Source of the DNA: Pyrinomonadaceae bacterium
Lineage (GTDB): Bacteria > Acidobacteriota > Blastocatellia > Pyrinomonadales > Pyrinomonadaceae
Length of the DNA: 64,000 bases
Direction: 5' to 3'
NCBI GenBank assembly: GCA_041744135.1
Contig: JBGTLM010000107.1
Location: forward strand, 4,488-68,487
Positions 31,401 to 41,806 of this stretch are shown piece after piece. Position 1 is the first letter of the stretch; each line of letters opens with the position of its first letter. The notes below the pieces were generated by a model. The model had not been told where the DNA came from, ran no database searches, and saw nothing but the letters and a program-made list of their open reading frames with translations. The position numbers and the translations under genes were made by a program.

Positions 31401-33068
31401 CTAAAACTTGAATCTCTTTACCCTTCCGTCAAGCATGGTTAATCTTTGTTCATGTGCGAGGGTGTGAATGCCAGCAATTTCTGTATCCCAATTAGGTTCT
31501 ATTGAATCAATCTCTCTTTCCTCATATTCAGTTTCGCTTAACTTAATCACCTGGTTGATTTTTATGCCATAACCATACCCCTTGCTACTATCCTGTGAAG
31601 GCCTATAAATGTCGCTATTATGCTCAAAAATTCTGCCAGCGGGCCTGGCTTTTCTTACATCAGATACGATGGGGTTTTGAGAATGTGGAATCCAATTATT
31701 ACTTACAGGATCATCGGAGAAGAATAGAAACAGTTCGTCCCAATCTGAAGCCCCATCGTTCTCCTTCAGATTCGTGAAAAGCCACCATCTCGTTCGATAA
31801 TGAAATAGCGTAGTATCAAAAGCTGTTACTTCCTCCATTAGATTCTTGTGAAACTCCCATTTGTTTGGAAACTCCACGCATCTATAAAGTTCAATGGTGT
31901 GATTTGAAGACGATTCTGGGATCATGTAGTAATCTCCCTTCCACTTAAAAACGAAAGGATAAGAGAGATGATATGGTCTCTCAAGGATTTTTATTGAGTT
32001 GCCATAGCTACCTTTTTCGTCCATGACAAGCAATGAAATACGCCCTTTGCCGCTAATGTATAGGTATTCCTCAAAAAAGATGTAATAAAGATCATCTTTG
32101 TAAATGATGTGGGGGTCCGCCCAAAATCTATCTTTGGGCGGCACTATCTTTTTGAATCTCCAAAAGGATGTTGAGAGTTCATCGCGCAGGTCATACATTA
32201 AAATCCATTGTTCAAAGAAGATTGAATGATTGATCCTGAATTTCGCATACCTGATCCAGTGCTTAAGGAGCAACCACAATAATTCAATGTCCCTAGGTTT
32301 CGAGTAGAGCCGCTGAGAATAGAAGTGCAAACGTTTATTCTCGGCTCGTATTTTGTTAAAGAATAGTTCCTCCCCTTGTTGATGCAACTCTTTTAGCTTT
32401 CTAGGGATGAATGATAGTGTCTTCCAGTAATTATTGTTGCGGCTTCGATTAACTAATATATGATCGGTTGCCGAATATGATCTATAAAGGATCAAGCCAT
32501 TATCCAGATCTGTAGTCAGCATTTGTAATACAGATTCTGTTGTAGGCTGACTTTCGAGAACCTCCCAGAATCCTGCTGGCCCACCTCTATCGAGGTGATT
32601 GTCGCCATGACGGTAAGACCAGACGCCAAACCTCGAAGATTCTAATATCTTGCCCTTCGGAATCCTGAATCCCAGTCGAATGAAAACATCAATTTCATAC
32701 TTCTTAATCTCCTCTATGTCTTGATCTGGAATTGATTGGTTATGTTTTGTCTGTTTTGTCCTTACTTTTATTGTGGGAATATTAGCTAGCAGTTTAATCG
32801 CGCACCTGGTCTCAAAGGCATTAGGGGTTAGCTTAAATAATCTGTTTTCAAAGCGACTATAGGCTTTGTGCAATAAAACTTTCCGGTCATCTAAAATTCT
32901 AGAAAAGATATTCCTCTTTGTCTCCTGAGACTCATTCAAGACAATCAATCTAATGGCGGCATAATCTGAGTGCTTAATCCTGTCCAGCATCAAGTATGCC
33001 CAAGCGGGGATTTCCAATTCGTCCATCAGAAGCCCTATTCGTAATATCTTGTTGTTCTGACCTTCCAT
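31401..33068 (-). CDS. fusion protein: formyltransferase-like N-terminal domain plus a beta-propeller domain ('glucosamine inositolphosphorylceramide transferase'-type family, as I recall the database name). Function unknown.
   Basis: DVFIRLGFRIPKGKIL...GVWSYRHGD...RGGPAGFWEV resembles the Formyl_trans_N core. The C-terminal half reads FWADPHIIYKDDLYYIFFEEY...YPFVFKWKGDYYMIPE...TLFHYRTRWWLF. The gene is strikingly AT-rich. Confidence 0.6.
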   Translation of the reverse strand: MEGQNNKILRIGLLMDELEIPAWAYLMLDRIKHSDYAAIRLIVLNESQETKRNIFSRILDDRKVLLHKAYSRFENRLFKLTPNAFETRCAIKLLANIPTIKVRTKQTKHNQSIPDQDIEEIKKYEIDVFIRLGFRIPKGKILESSRFGVWSYRHGDNHLDRGGPAGFWEVLESQPTTESVLQMLTTDLDNGLILYRSYSATDHILVNRSRNNNYWKTLSFIPRKLKELHQQGEELFFNKIRAENKRLHFYSQRLYSKPRDIELLWLLLKHWIRYAKFRINHSIFFEQWILMYDLRDELSTSFWRFKKIVPPKDRFWADPHIIYKDDLYYIFFEEYLYISGKGRISLLVMDEKGSYGNSIKILERPYHLSYPFVFKWKGDYYMIPESSSNHTIELYRCVEFPNKWEFHKNLMEEVTAFDTTLFHYRTRWWLFTNLKENDGASDWDELFLFFSDDPVSNNWIPHSQNPIVSDVRKARPAGRIFEHNSDIYRPSQDSSKGYGYGIKINQVIKLSETEYEEREIDSIEPNWDTEIAGIHTLAHEQRLTMLDGRVKRFKF

Positions 33069-33493
33069 TTTTGAGCCTCCTAAGCTTTACTTGGCAATTC
33101 CAAGACTGTGTGAGATTGAGTCTCTGCTTATCGTAAGCTTAATAAGCGGTAGGCCTATACGCTTGTTCAAGCGGATGGTGATCACCCTTCAGAGAGAAAA
33201 AACTGCTCCTTTGACACACTTCCACCTGGAAAAGCAGTAGTGCTTCTCCGTAGCAAGCGTGTCACCAATTGGTTGAGTCCGCACGACGCACTCCTTTGTG
33301 ATTGATCGTTAGGTTATGCTGGCGGGAGAGGGTCTTTTGGCAGTAGAGGTGTAGTCTGGCGGGAGCTGGGGGCTTCGCAGAACGAACACGTGGAGCACGC
33401 GCAGCATATACTCCCGTCGCTGAAGAATGTCAACACAAGAGTACAGCTTGGGTGTGTGACAAATTTGTGGGTGCTGATTGCTAGTGTCCTGTC

Positions 33494-33830
33494 TAAAGTG
33501 CGCTGACAAAATCGGGCGACACTGGCCAGGATCTCGTCAGCAGATTTGGTCCAAATGAACGGCTTGGGTTGGTCGTTATAGTTATCAATGTAAGTGCGAA
33601 TAGTTGTTTCAAGATTGCGCGTGCTGCGAAAGATGCCACGGCGCAGTTGTTGTTCGGTCAAGAGTCCAAATCAACGCTCGACAGATTGATCCGAGAGGCA
33701 CTGGTTAGCGTGAAGTGGAGTTGGAAGCGTGGGCGTTTCATGAGCCAGCGCTGAATGGTGACCGTCTTGTGAGTACCATCAAGTTTGTCCCCGCGACTAT
33801 CGATGGACGGCCCGTCTCGATGTTTATCCA
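33494..33830 (-). mobile_element. IS630-family transposase remnant (C-terminal part, frameshifted)
   Basis: ...RPRFQLHFTLTSASRINLSSV... (compare the IS630 hFTPTsaSWLN motif) in one frame. It continues in another frame as GIFRSTRNLETTIRTYIDNYNDQPKPFIWTKSADEILASVARFCQ, the typical IS630 C-terminus. No intact N-terminal part was found. Confidence 0.6.
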
Positions 33831-33929
33831 GCTTCAGTACAACTTCTACCTGTATTAAACGCTTGATCCTTTTCGAAGTATTTAGAGTAAACTCGGGCAC
33901 CGCGTTGACCGCCGCGCCGCTACTTCGAA

Positions 33930-35138
33930 ATGAGCACAACCACCTCAACTAACCCGGTCGTACAGGCGATTCTCAGCGGCAGCGCTCCTCAACCGGCGCG
34001 CTTTGCAGCCGCCAGCGGATTGTTGCCGCTGCCCCAGGCGGATCTGCTCGAAGTGCTGGTGGCCCTGCGCGAGGCTGACGACGTTGAGATTGCCGAAGCT
34101 GCAGTGTCCACTCTAGCTTCACAGGAGAACGAGGACCTCCTGACTGCCGCCAAAGCGGCCGACACTTCGCAAGCCGTATTAGGGTTCCTGGGAACGATGA
34201 CCAGCAGCCGCGAAGTGCACGAAGCGGTGATTCAAAACAGCAATACACCGGATGTTGTCATTGTAAAGATTGCCGGCATGGTTGCCGATGGCTCGCTACT
34301 GGAATTAATTGCTATCAATCAGCAGCGCCTCGTGCGCACGCCCGCGATCATCGACGCCATCCTGGGAAACGCGGCAAGGACCGTGGAGACGGAACGCCGG
34401 GCCCGCGAAACCAAGCGTGAGTTTTTCGAGAAAGAACGCGGCGCTCGCCAGATCGCCGACGAACTGAGAGCGCAAGGTAAGTCGGCGGCTGCAGAGTTTT
34501 TTGAAAATGCCGAACTCAGTACGGCAACCGGCGAGTTGAGTCTCGAAGATGCCTGGCTGATTGCGCAACACATCGAAGTTTCAGATGCCGACCTCGATGA
34601 TTCGTGGCTGCCCATGGAACGCTACGAGGAATTAGCGCCGGAGAGTGCTGCAGAACACGCCGCCGCTGTGCAGCGCGTCATTGAAAGCGAACGCCTGGAG
34701 TCAGGAGTCGAAATCCAACCCGAGCGCGTCACGCTGATCCGCCAACTCATGAATATGAACCCCAGAGACCGCGTGAAGCTGGCCCGGAAAGGCGACCGCG
34801 AGGCGCGCAGCATTTTGATTCGCGATTCCAACCGCATCGTAGCGGCGGGCGTCATCAACAACCCTCGCATCACGGATCACGAGGTCGAAAACATTGCTTC
34901 TATGCGCACGGTCTCGCACGAGGTCTTGCGCTTGATTTCTTTGAACCGCGCCTGGGCGCGTTCTTACACGATCATTCACCATCTGTGTCGCAACCCACGC
35001 ACACCCATTCCTACGGCAATAGGAATCCTTCCCCGCATTCGCACCAAAGACCTGCAGCATATCTCGCTGAACCGCAACGTCTCTGAAGCAGTCCGCCGTC
35101 AGGCTCTCCGCCTCGCGCAAGCGCGCTCCGGTGGATGA
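33930..35138 (+). CDS. hypothetical helical-repeat protein (LRV/HEAT-like NPRTP repeats)
   Basis: Repeats such as NSNTPDVVIVKIA, NNPRITDHEVENIA and RNPRTPIPTAIGIL. The start abuts the IS630 remnant. Confidence 0.5.
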   Translation: MSTTTSTNPVVQAILSGSAPQPARFAAASGLLPLPQADLLEVLVALREADDVEIAEAAVSTLASQENEDLLTAAKAADTSQAVLGFLGTMTSSREVHEAVIQNSNTPDVVIVKIAGMVADGSLLELIAINQQRLVRTPAIIDAILGNAARTVETERRARETKREFFEKERGARQIADELRAQGKSAAAEFFENAELSTATGELSLEDAWLIAQHIEVSDADLDDSWLPMERYEELAPESAAEHAAAVQRVIESERLESGVEIQPERVTLIRQLMNMNPRDRVKLARKGDREARSILIRDSNRIVAAGVINNPRITDHEVENIASMRTVSHEVLRLISLNRAWARSYTIIHHLCRNPRTPIPTAIGILPRIRTKDLQHISLNRNVSEAVRRQALRLAQARSGG

Positions 35139-35191
35139 TGTGCCATTGTGAAAAGAGGATGGGCACGCAGGAGTGACGGGCCCAAGATTCG

Positions 35192-37204
35192 CTACGCCAC
35201 CAACGCAGTCCGCGGAGTGTATGTCTCCGAGATGATGGCCTCGGCGCCGGCGACATCCAGGGGTTTGGAGAAGAAAAAGCCCTGACCGTTCTGGCAGTTG
35301 AGGTTGCGCAGCAAGGTCAGCTGCTCCTGGGTCTCCACCCCTTCCGCCACTGCATCCATGCCCAAATTTTCAGCCAGCATCAGGATGGTGCGCACGATCT
35401 CCATGTTCTCCTTATCCATGCAGGCAATGAAGGAGCGATCGATCTTCAGCGTGTCAATCGGGAAGCGATGGAGGTAGGTCAGAGATGAATAACCTGTGCC
35501 GAAGTCGTCGATGCTCAATCTAACGCCCAGAGCGCGCAGTTGGAAAAGCATCGCCGCGGCAGATTCGAAATCGTCCATCACCATGCTCTCGGTGATTTCC
35601 AGTTTCAGATACGCCGGATCAACTCCAGTCTCGATGAGGATATCTCGGACCTGATCGATCAGGTCCGATTGCACAAACTGTCTCGCCGAAAGATTAACCG
35701 TCATATAGAGAGGCTTGTCAGCCGGAAACTTCTCTTGCCAACGCTGAATCTGGAAGCAAGCTTCTCTCAGTACCCACTGACCAATCTGAAGAATCTGCCC
35801 ACCCTCTTCGGCGACAGGAATGAAATCCAGGGGCGAGATCAACCCGCGCACCGGGTGCTGCCAACGCACCAGGGCTTCGAAGCCACAGAGCCTGAAATCA
35901 TCAAGCGCCACGATGGGCTGATAGTTGATAAAGAGCTCATGGCGCTCCTGGGCCGTGCGAAGATCTGTTTCAATCTGCAGGAGGTTGAGAGCGTGATCGT
36001 GCATCTCTTCGTCGAACATCTCATGTCGGGCCTTCCCCAACGACTTGGAGCGGTACATCGCGGTGTCAGCGTCGCGCAGGATTTCATCAGGTTCGTCGTA
36101 GACGGCCGAACTGGGAGCGATGCCTATGCTGACGGTGGTAAAGACGTCTCGGCCACTCAGGTTGAAGGGTTTCTTGAGTTCCTGGTGGATTCTCTCAGCG
36201 ACTAATATCGCTTCCTTCTCTTCATGGATCTCTTCCAGGAGGATCGTGAACTCGTCCCCACCCACTCGCGCTACCGTATCTCCCGGGCGCAAGCAGGTCT
36301 CCAGCCTGCGAGCAATGCCAACCAGTAACTGGTCGCCTATCATGTGTCCGAGACTATCGTTGACCAGCTTAAAGCGATCCAGATCGAGGAAGAGTACGGC
36401 AAACAGCATCCCAGGCTTTCGCTTTGAACGGGCGATGGTGAACTTCAGGTGGTCAATCATGAGGGCGCGATTCGGAAGGCCCGTCAGCGCATCATGAAAG
36501 GCATCGTGCAGCAGCCTCTCCTCCGCTTCCTTGCGATCAGAAATGTTTTGTATTTGAAAGATTAGCTGTGCGGACTGGCGATTCCCCATCTGGACTTGCG
36601 ATACGCTCCATAACACCGAGACCACGTATCCGTCTTTGTGAATACACCTGGTTTCGGATTGGAAGCTCGGGACTCTGCCCTTGAGCAAGTGCTCCAGCTT
36701 GGCCATCGAAGGCGCACGGTCATCAGGATGGACGGACTCCTGAAAATCCCTGGCGAGCAGTTCGTGCTCCGAATAACCGAGAATTTCGCACAACGACAGG
36801 TTCACCTTTTGCCAGCGGCCGTTTGGTAAGACCAGCGCCATGCCAATAGCAGCGTGGTCGAAGGCGACGCGAAACAGCTCCCTGCTACCGCGCGAGGTCG
36901 CGTCCGAGAAGTCATCTCCGTTTGCCTCAGACGTGGCCTCAGCCGCCGCTTCCGCCGTTGCCCCCCTCGGCAAATGGTATGTGCAATAGAGCACTGCCAT
37001 GGTACCGATGGTGACGACGATGACATGGAGCCACCACTGTCCAATAAAGGTTCCGGACGCCAGCGTCAAAGTTGCGCTGAAAAGTGTTGCAACAGCGAGA
37101 TGCAAAGCCTTGCCGTTAGCCACAGACTTCACAGGGACCGCAAAGGGGGAGGTAGCTGGCCAAACGACCGGTTGGCTTTCTGAATTTTCACCCGCACGTG
37201 ACAT
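35192..37204 (-). CDS. membrane-anchored PAS-GGDEF-EAL signalling protein (c-di-GMP turnover)
   Basis: RVGGDEFTILL (GGDEF), FEALVRWQHP (EAL), DDFGTGYSSL, and N-terminal TM helices plus a PAS-like segment. The start is taken at the ATG at 37204; the ORF extends to 37282. Confidence 0.85.
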   Translation of the reverse strand: MSRAGENSESQPVVWPATSPFAVPVKSVANGKALHLAVATLFSATLTLASGTFIGQWWLHVIVVTIGTMAVLYCTYHLPRGATAEAAAEATSEANGDDFSDATSRGSRELFRVAFDHAAIGMALVLPNGRWQKVNLSLCEILGYSEHELLARDFQESVHPDDRAPSMAKLEHLLKGRVPSFQSETRCIHKDGYVVSVLWSVSQVQMGNRQSAQLIFQIQNISDRKEAEERLLHDAFHDALTGLPNRALMIDHLKFTIARSKRKPGMLFAVLFLDLDRFKLVNDSLGHMIGDQLLVGIARRLETCLRPGDTVARVGGDEFTILLEEIHEEKEAILVAERIHQELKKPFNLSGRDVFTTVSIGIAPSSAVYDEPDEILRDADTAMYRSKSLGKARHEMFDEEMHDHALNLLQIETDLRTAQERHELFINYQPIVALDDFRLCGFEALVRWQHPVRGLISPLDFIPVAEEGGQILQIGQWVLREACFQIQRWQEKFPADKPLYMTVNLSARQFVQSDLIDQVRDILIETGVDPAYLKLEITESMVMDDFESAAAMLFQLRALGVRLSIDDFGTGYSSLTYLHRFPIDTLKIDRSFIACMDKENMEIVRTILMLAENLGMDAVAEGVETQEQLTLLRNLNCQNGQGFFFSKPLDVAGAEAIISETYTPRTALVA

Positions 37205-37535
37205 ATTGTTTATCGTAGTTTGCGACGAGGAGTTAGAAGGGACGGGTGCGCCCCGTGGCAGCACATGGCAAACCGTTTGCACCTCGTATGCCGCTCGAAA
37301 TTGAGATGCACCGTAGGGAAATCCCGTTGTTAATTGGGTATTTTCAGCGGTGAGGTTTTGGGGATGTGACAGTTTCTGTCAAAACGACGTAGCCGTTTCA
37401 GGCTAAAGACGGCTATTCGGTCATTTTGAAGACGCCTCGAAGGCCCCTCTTAAGGGACGGGTTTAGGTTCGGTCTAAGCCAACTTCGTGGGCACGACTTG
37501 CCCTCCAGGCGCCGGGTCAGTCCGGCGAAATTTAA

Positions 37536-38048
37536 TCACCAATCTTTTTTAGCGATGTATTTGAGAACGCTTTTGATGGAGGTGACGGTATAGCTCCCAT
37601 CGTTTTTCAGTACTGGGATATGGCGATAGCGGCCCATCGACATTTTATTCAGCGCAGCGGCCACTGAATCCTGCTCATGGAGTACTTCAGGATCTGGGCT
37701 CATCAAATCTTTTACTGCAGTCGCCGGGGAACGCGCTTCGCCACCCGTCATCTTACGCAACACATCATGCTCGGTAAAGATACCTGCCAACTTGCCGTCG
37801 TTCAAAACCAGAGCACAGCCTAAGTTTGAGTTTTGCATGAGCAGGACAACGTCGATGGCCGGTGTTTCCGGAGTCACCGAGATCGTTTCTTCCTGATCCA
37901 ACCGGCCCAAATTATCGGCCATTACGGAGCGCGCCAGACCCTCGGCCGCGTCAGCGCGGGGCACGTCGAGATCACGAAATGACGATAGGCAATTGTCGCA
38001 GCGATCGGTGCCGTCGATATTTTCGTGGCCACAGGATGGACAGTTCAT
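37536..38048 (-). CDS. zinc-ribbon plus tandem-CBS domain protein
   Basis: MNCPSCGHENIDGTDRCDNC, then a CBS pair (...CALVLNDGKLAGIFTEHDVLRKM..., ...RHIPVLKNDGSYTVTSIKSVLKYI). Confidence 0.8.
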   Translation of the reverse strand: MNCPSCGHENIDGTDRCDNCLSSFRDLDVPRADAAEGLARSVMADNLGRLDQEETISVTPETPAIDVVLLMQNSNLGCALVLNDGKLAGIFTEHDVLRKMTGGEARSPATAVKDLMSPDPEVLHEQDSVAAALNKMSMGRYRHIPVLKNDGSYTVTSIKSVLKYIAKKDW

Positions 38049-38166
38049 GATCGATCTCCAATTGTTAATTGCCGGAGTTAAAAGTGTCGCGATTCAGGGT
38101 GCAGGATACACGCTAACGAGAAACACGATTGTAGACCAACAATCCAATTCGATAAATCCTGAAAGG

Positions 38167-38217
38167 ACAAAAAAGGTTTAAGGGGAATAGGGTTTCGCGG
38201 CTTTTGTCTTCCCCTTT
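38167..38217 (-). terminator. possible rho-independent terminator after cstA
   Basis: On the minus strand, AAGGGGAA ... TTCCCCTT (21-nt loop) is followed by AAACCTTTTTT. Confidence 0.4.
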
Positions 38218-38244
38218 TACCTCTTGCCATTATGTTTCGCCCCT

Positions 38245-39957
38245 TTATTCGAGGCTCGTCGCGGAGTGCGCTGTCACGAGCGTACCAGTCTGGCGATCGC
38301 CGCGAACTCTAACCAGTGCGACGACGGCCACGTAGAGGGCCAGCACCACCAGCGCGGCAGCTGCTATGGCGTTTATCAACTCGATATCCAGCTGCCCGGA
38401 GCCAATTTTGGTAACGCGGAGATTACCAACTACCAGTGAGATTAGGGCCCAGAGCGTGATCACAAGGACGAAGATCATTGGCAGGAGCGTAAAGGCGATC
38501 CGCCTGCGGGCCTGATAAAGCCAGACCGTTATTGAAAGCAGGGTCAGCGCGGCGAGCAACTGATTGGAAGCCCCGAACAGCGTCCAGAATTTTGACCACG
38601 AGTTGGGCGGCGCGAAGATGATGAAGTAAACGGGCAACGACATCGTCAGCAAGGTTCCCAGAAGAGCCCCGAATCGACCTTTCCAACCAAAGAGCTCCTG
38701 CACTATGTAACGACCCAAACGCGTGCAGACATCAAGGGTGTCAAATACAAATGTGGAGAAAGCCATCGCCCCGAAGGTGATCGCGAAGGCCAATTTGTCC
38801 TGGCCAATGATGAGAGTGAGAAATTGTCCGATCCCATTGCCGTAAATAGTTCCTGGCGTTTTTCCACGCAAGCCTTCCTGGGCGACGATCATCACCGTCA
38901 CCAATGCGATCAGTGCCACGAAACCTTCGGCCAGCATGCCGCCGTAGCCAACGGGACGGATGTGCGACTCGCGATCAACCTGCTTCGAAGTTGTGCCCGA
39001 GCAAACGAGCCCATGAAAACCTGAACACGCGCCACAGGCAATGGTCACAAACAGGAAGGGAAACAACATCCCCGTCATTCCCCCAATATCGAAACCCTTA
39101 AAAGCAGGTTGTTGGATTTCGTAACCACCGAAAAATACGCCGACGATACCGAGGGCGATCGCGGAATAGAGAATAAATCCGCCAAGATAACCACGCGGCT
39201 GCAGCAAGGCCCAAACCGGAACAATCGAAGCCACGCCGCAATAAAGTATAATTAGAACTCCCCACGTCTTGTGATCAAGCACAAACAAGTTTGAAGTCAT
39301 GGTTCCCGCCCATGACAGCGCGAATGTTGCCGGAACGAAAATGAGCGTGATGAGCCAAAGAGGAGGATCAAGGTAGCGCTGGACCAGACCGAGCAGAAGC
39401 GAAAGCGCCAGGTACATCACGCTTGCCGCCGCCACGGCGCCGCCGGGATTGAAGCTTACCGATGCTGCACGCAACTCTTCTGAGCCGCCTGTGAACGTTC
39501 CGGCGGTGATGTCCGCGAAGGCAACGATGACATAGAGCAGCGCTATCCAGATGAAACCCATCATTGCTCGGCCGGCGCCCGCGCCCAGGTGTTCGCGGGT
39601 GATTTCGGCGATTGAAGTTGCCCCGTGGCGAACTGAGGCAGCCAAACTCGCGAAGTCGTGAACGGCGCCTATCAGCACTACGCCCAAACCGATCCAGAGA
39701 AGACAGGGAAGCCATCCAAACGCTTGACAGGCGAGAATAGGTCCGGCAATCGGTCCGGCGGCGGCAATAGCAGAAAAATGTTGTCCAAAAAGATAGAAAG
39801 GTCTGGTGGGAACGAAGTCAGCGCCGTCATTCACCCGGTGAGCAGGAGTTGTGCGCTCATCGTCGAGTTGAAACTGTCTTGCTACCCACCCCCCGTAAAG
39901 CCGGTAGGCGGCCACCAGGAGGGCCAGGAATACGAGCGCCAGAAGCATCAGGGTCAC
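38245..39957 (-). CDS. cstA: carbon starvation protein A (peptide/pyruvate transporter family)
   Basis: N-terminal LLVAAYRLYGGWVARQFQLDD...PAHRVNDGADFVPT, FGQHFSAIAAAGPIAGPI, and a polytopic membrane profile typical of CstA. Confidence 0.9.
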   Translation of the reverse strand: MTLMLLALVFLALLVAAYRLYGGWVARQFQLDDERTTPAHRVNDGADFVPTRPFYLFGQHFSAIAAAGPIAGPILACQAFGWLPCLLWIGLGVVLIGAVHDFASLAASVRHGATSIAEITREHLGAGAGRAMMGFIWIALLYVIVAFADITAGTFTGGSEELRAASVSFNPGGAVAAASVMYLALSLLLGLVQRYLDPPLWLITLIFVPATFALSWAGTMTSNLFVLDHKTWGVLIILYCGVASIVPVWALLQPRGYLGGFILYSAIALGIVGVFFGGYEIQQPAFKGFDIGGMTGMLFPFLFVTIACGACSGFHGLVCSGTTSKQVDRESHIRPVGYGGMLAEGFVALIALVTVMIVAQEGLRGKTPGTIYGNGIGQFLTLIIGQDKLAFAITFGAMAFSTFVFDTLDVCTRLGRYIVQELFGWKGRFGALLGTLLTMSLPVYFIIFAPPNSWSKFWTLFGASNQLLAALTLLSITVWLYQARRRIAFTLLPMIFVLVITLWALISLVVGNLRVTKIGSGQLDIELINAIAAAALVVLALYVAVVALVRVRGDRQTGTLVTAHSATSLE

Positions 39958-40042
39958 GCTAGAGAGCCTCCATTGCCGGATAGTGTTCTAGTCTCAATTC
40001 TCTATCGATCTCCGGTGCTCTTGTGAAATCACAATCGCTTTA

Positions 40043-40086
40043 AGATCTCAAATTGGAGATCTGAGATGATCTGAGATTTGAGATCT
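40043..40086. repeat. GATCTGAGAT-type palindromic micro-repeat
   Basis: AGATCTCAAAT (40043-40053) faces ATTTGAGATCT (40076-40086), with GAGATCTGAGATGATCTGAGAT between them. Confidence 0.5.
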
Positions 40087-40690
40087 GGTACCTGAGCTTG
40101 CGGAGTTTGGCACGGATCCCAGAAAAAAAGCCAGAGGGATGCCGAACGAATAGTGACGCGGTTACATAGCCCGCTGAGTCCCACTCGACTACAGAGCTGA
40201 GGAGCGGTGACCGGGATCAACCAACCAGCGCCGAAGGTCCGGTAGATAATAGCCTGGGGCTAGCGGCCCTTGCGCGCAGCCCCCAGGATCAAGTCCCGAC
40301 AAACAGGACCGCGCCCTGAAAGGGCGCCGCAAGAATCACCAAACATGGCGCTGGTCGTATTAGCTTAAGCTACGTTTCAACGTATCGGGACTTCAGGTTT
40401 GCAGTTCTTTACGGTCCTTCAGGGCAGTCGTGTTTCGTGTAACCCCGGGGGCGGCGCGCCAAACGCCTGCCCCTGGCTATCTTCTGCGGCGCCTCCGGCG
40501 CTTCTTGAATCGTCTCTTGTATGACGCGGCCCCTGCGTCAGGTCCGCCACCCTCTTTCTCCCTACTTCCCGGCTAAATTTGCCTTTTGCCTGCCCCTCTG
40601 TTTTCTTGTTAGACTCCGGCCCGATTGTCCAACACAAGATGTGTAAAGTCGCTTCCTACTGATCACGAACTACGGACAACGAATCGAATC

Positions 40691-41656
40691 ATGTTTCCTT
40701 TTAGAAACATTCTCTTCCCCACGGACTTTACGCCGCACGCTCGGGCCGCGTTGAAATATGCCGCGGCATTTGCGCGCAGCGGCGGTGGCCGAGTTGTGCT
40801 TTTCAGTGTACAGAGCGCGCAAGTGCCGCTGAATCTATGGACCTTGCCCGAGCGTGTCCTGGAAGAACAGGAGAATGGTTGGCTGCTGCAATTGCGCACC
40901 GAGGTTAGAGACTTGCTCGCGGATCCTCTCTTTGCCGGTTTGGAAGTAGAGCCCGTGATTGTGGCCGGAGAGCCGGCGCCTGAAATTGCAAACGCGGTGC
41001 GGGAATACGAAATCGACTTGGTGACGGTAGTAACACACGGTCGCAAGGGACTGACGCGCGCGCTTTGGGGGTCCACTGCTGAGGAGATCATTGCCGAGGC
41101 GCCTTGCCCCGTGCTCACCATTCGCCCCCAGCAGCATGATTTTGTTGAGCATCGCGGAAAGCGCAGCGAAGTGCATCTCAATCGAGTCTTGCTTGCCACA
41201 AATTTCCGCCCCTCATCAAGCGCGGCCACGCAGGTAGCAACTCAGCTGGCGAGTCAAACCGGAGCCGAGCTGCACGCTGTTTATGCTATCGGCGACTACT
41301 TTGAGCAGGTGTCTGTCATGTTTCCGGAAGGCGGATTGACAGCGCTCACTCATTTGCGCAGTGACGTGCAGCAGCGTATGGCCCAGCTGGCGCGGGAAGA
41401 TGGCGCTCGGGCAATTACGCATATTGCGGAGGGACGACCATATGCAGAAATTGTGCGATTGGCAGCGGAGAAGGATGTAGACCTGATAGTTATTGGAACC
41501 AACGTGCACGCGTCGCTTTTTGGCGGGACCCCCGTGCTGGGCTCGGAGATTGAACGAGTAGTCCGCAATGCGCCCTGCCCTGTACTTTGCGTGCCCGCTA
41601 GTAAGGTCCTCACACCGTTGCCGGCTTTCGTGACTCGGCCCGTACCGCAGATGTAG
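40691..41656 (+). CDS. tandem-domain universal stress protein (UspA family)
   Basis: MFPFRNILFPTDFTPHARAAL...THGRKGLTRALWGSTAEEIIAEAPCPVLTI, and a second domain ending GTPVLGSEIERVVRNAPCPVLCV. Confidence 0.8.
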   Translation: MFPFRNILFPTDFTPHARAALKYAAAFARSGGGRVVLFSVQSAQVPLNLWTLPERVLEEQENGWLLQLRTEVRDLLADPLFAGLEVEPVIVAGEPAPEIANAVREYEIDLVTVVTHGRKGLTRALWGSTAEEIIAEAPCPVLTIRPQQHDFVEHRGKRSEVHLNRVLLATNFRPSSSAATQVATQLASQTGAELHAVYAIGDYFEQVSVMFPEGGLTALTHLRSDVQQRMAQLAREDGARAITHIAEGRPYAEIVRLAAEKDVDLIVIGTNVHASLFGGTPVLGSEIERVVRNAPCPVLCVPASKVLTPLPAFVTRPVPQM

Positions 41657-41806
41657 GAAAGGGCAGGAGGCTGGAGCAAGGTGGCAGGCGGGCGCTCGCA
41701 CCAAAACGAAACGCGTGAGTTGGCTCAAAAACCCAACTCACGCGCTGAATCTTTCTGACTGGCGCCGAGCGATGTTCGAACACTGCCTCCTGCTCCTGCC
41801 GTCTGC

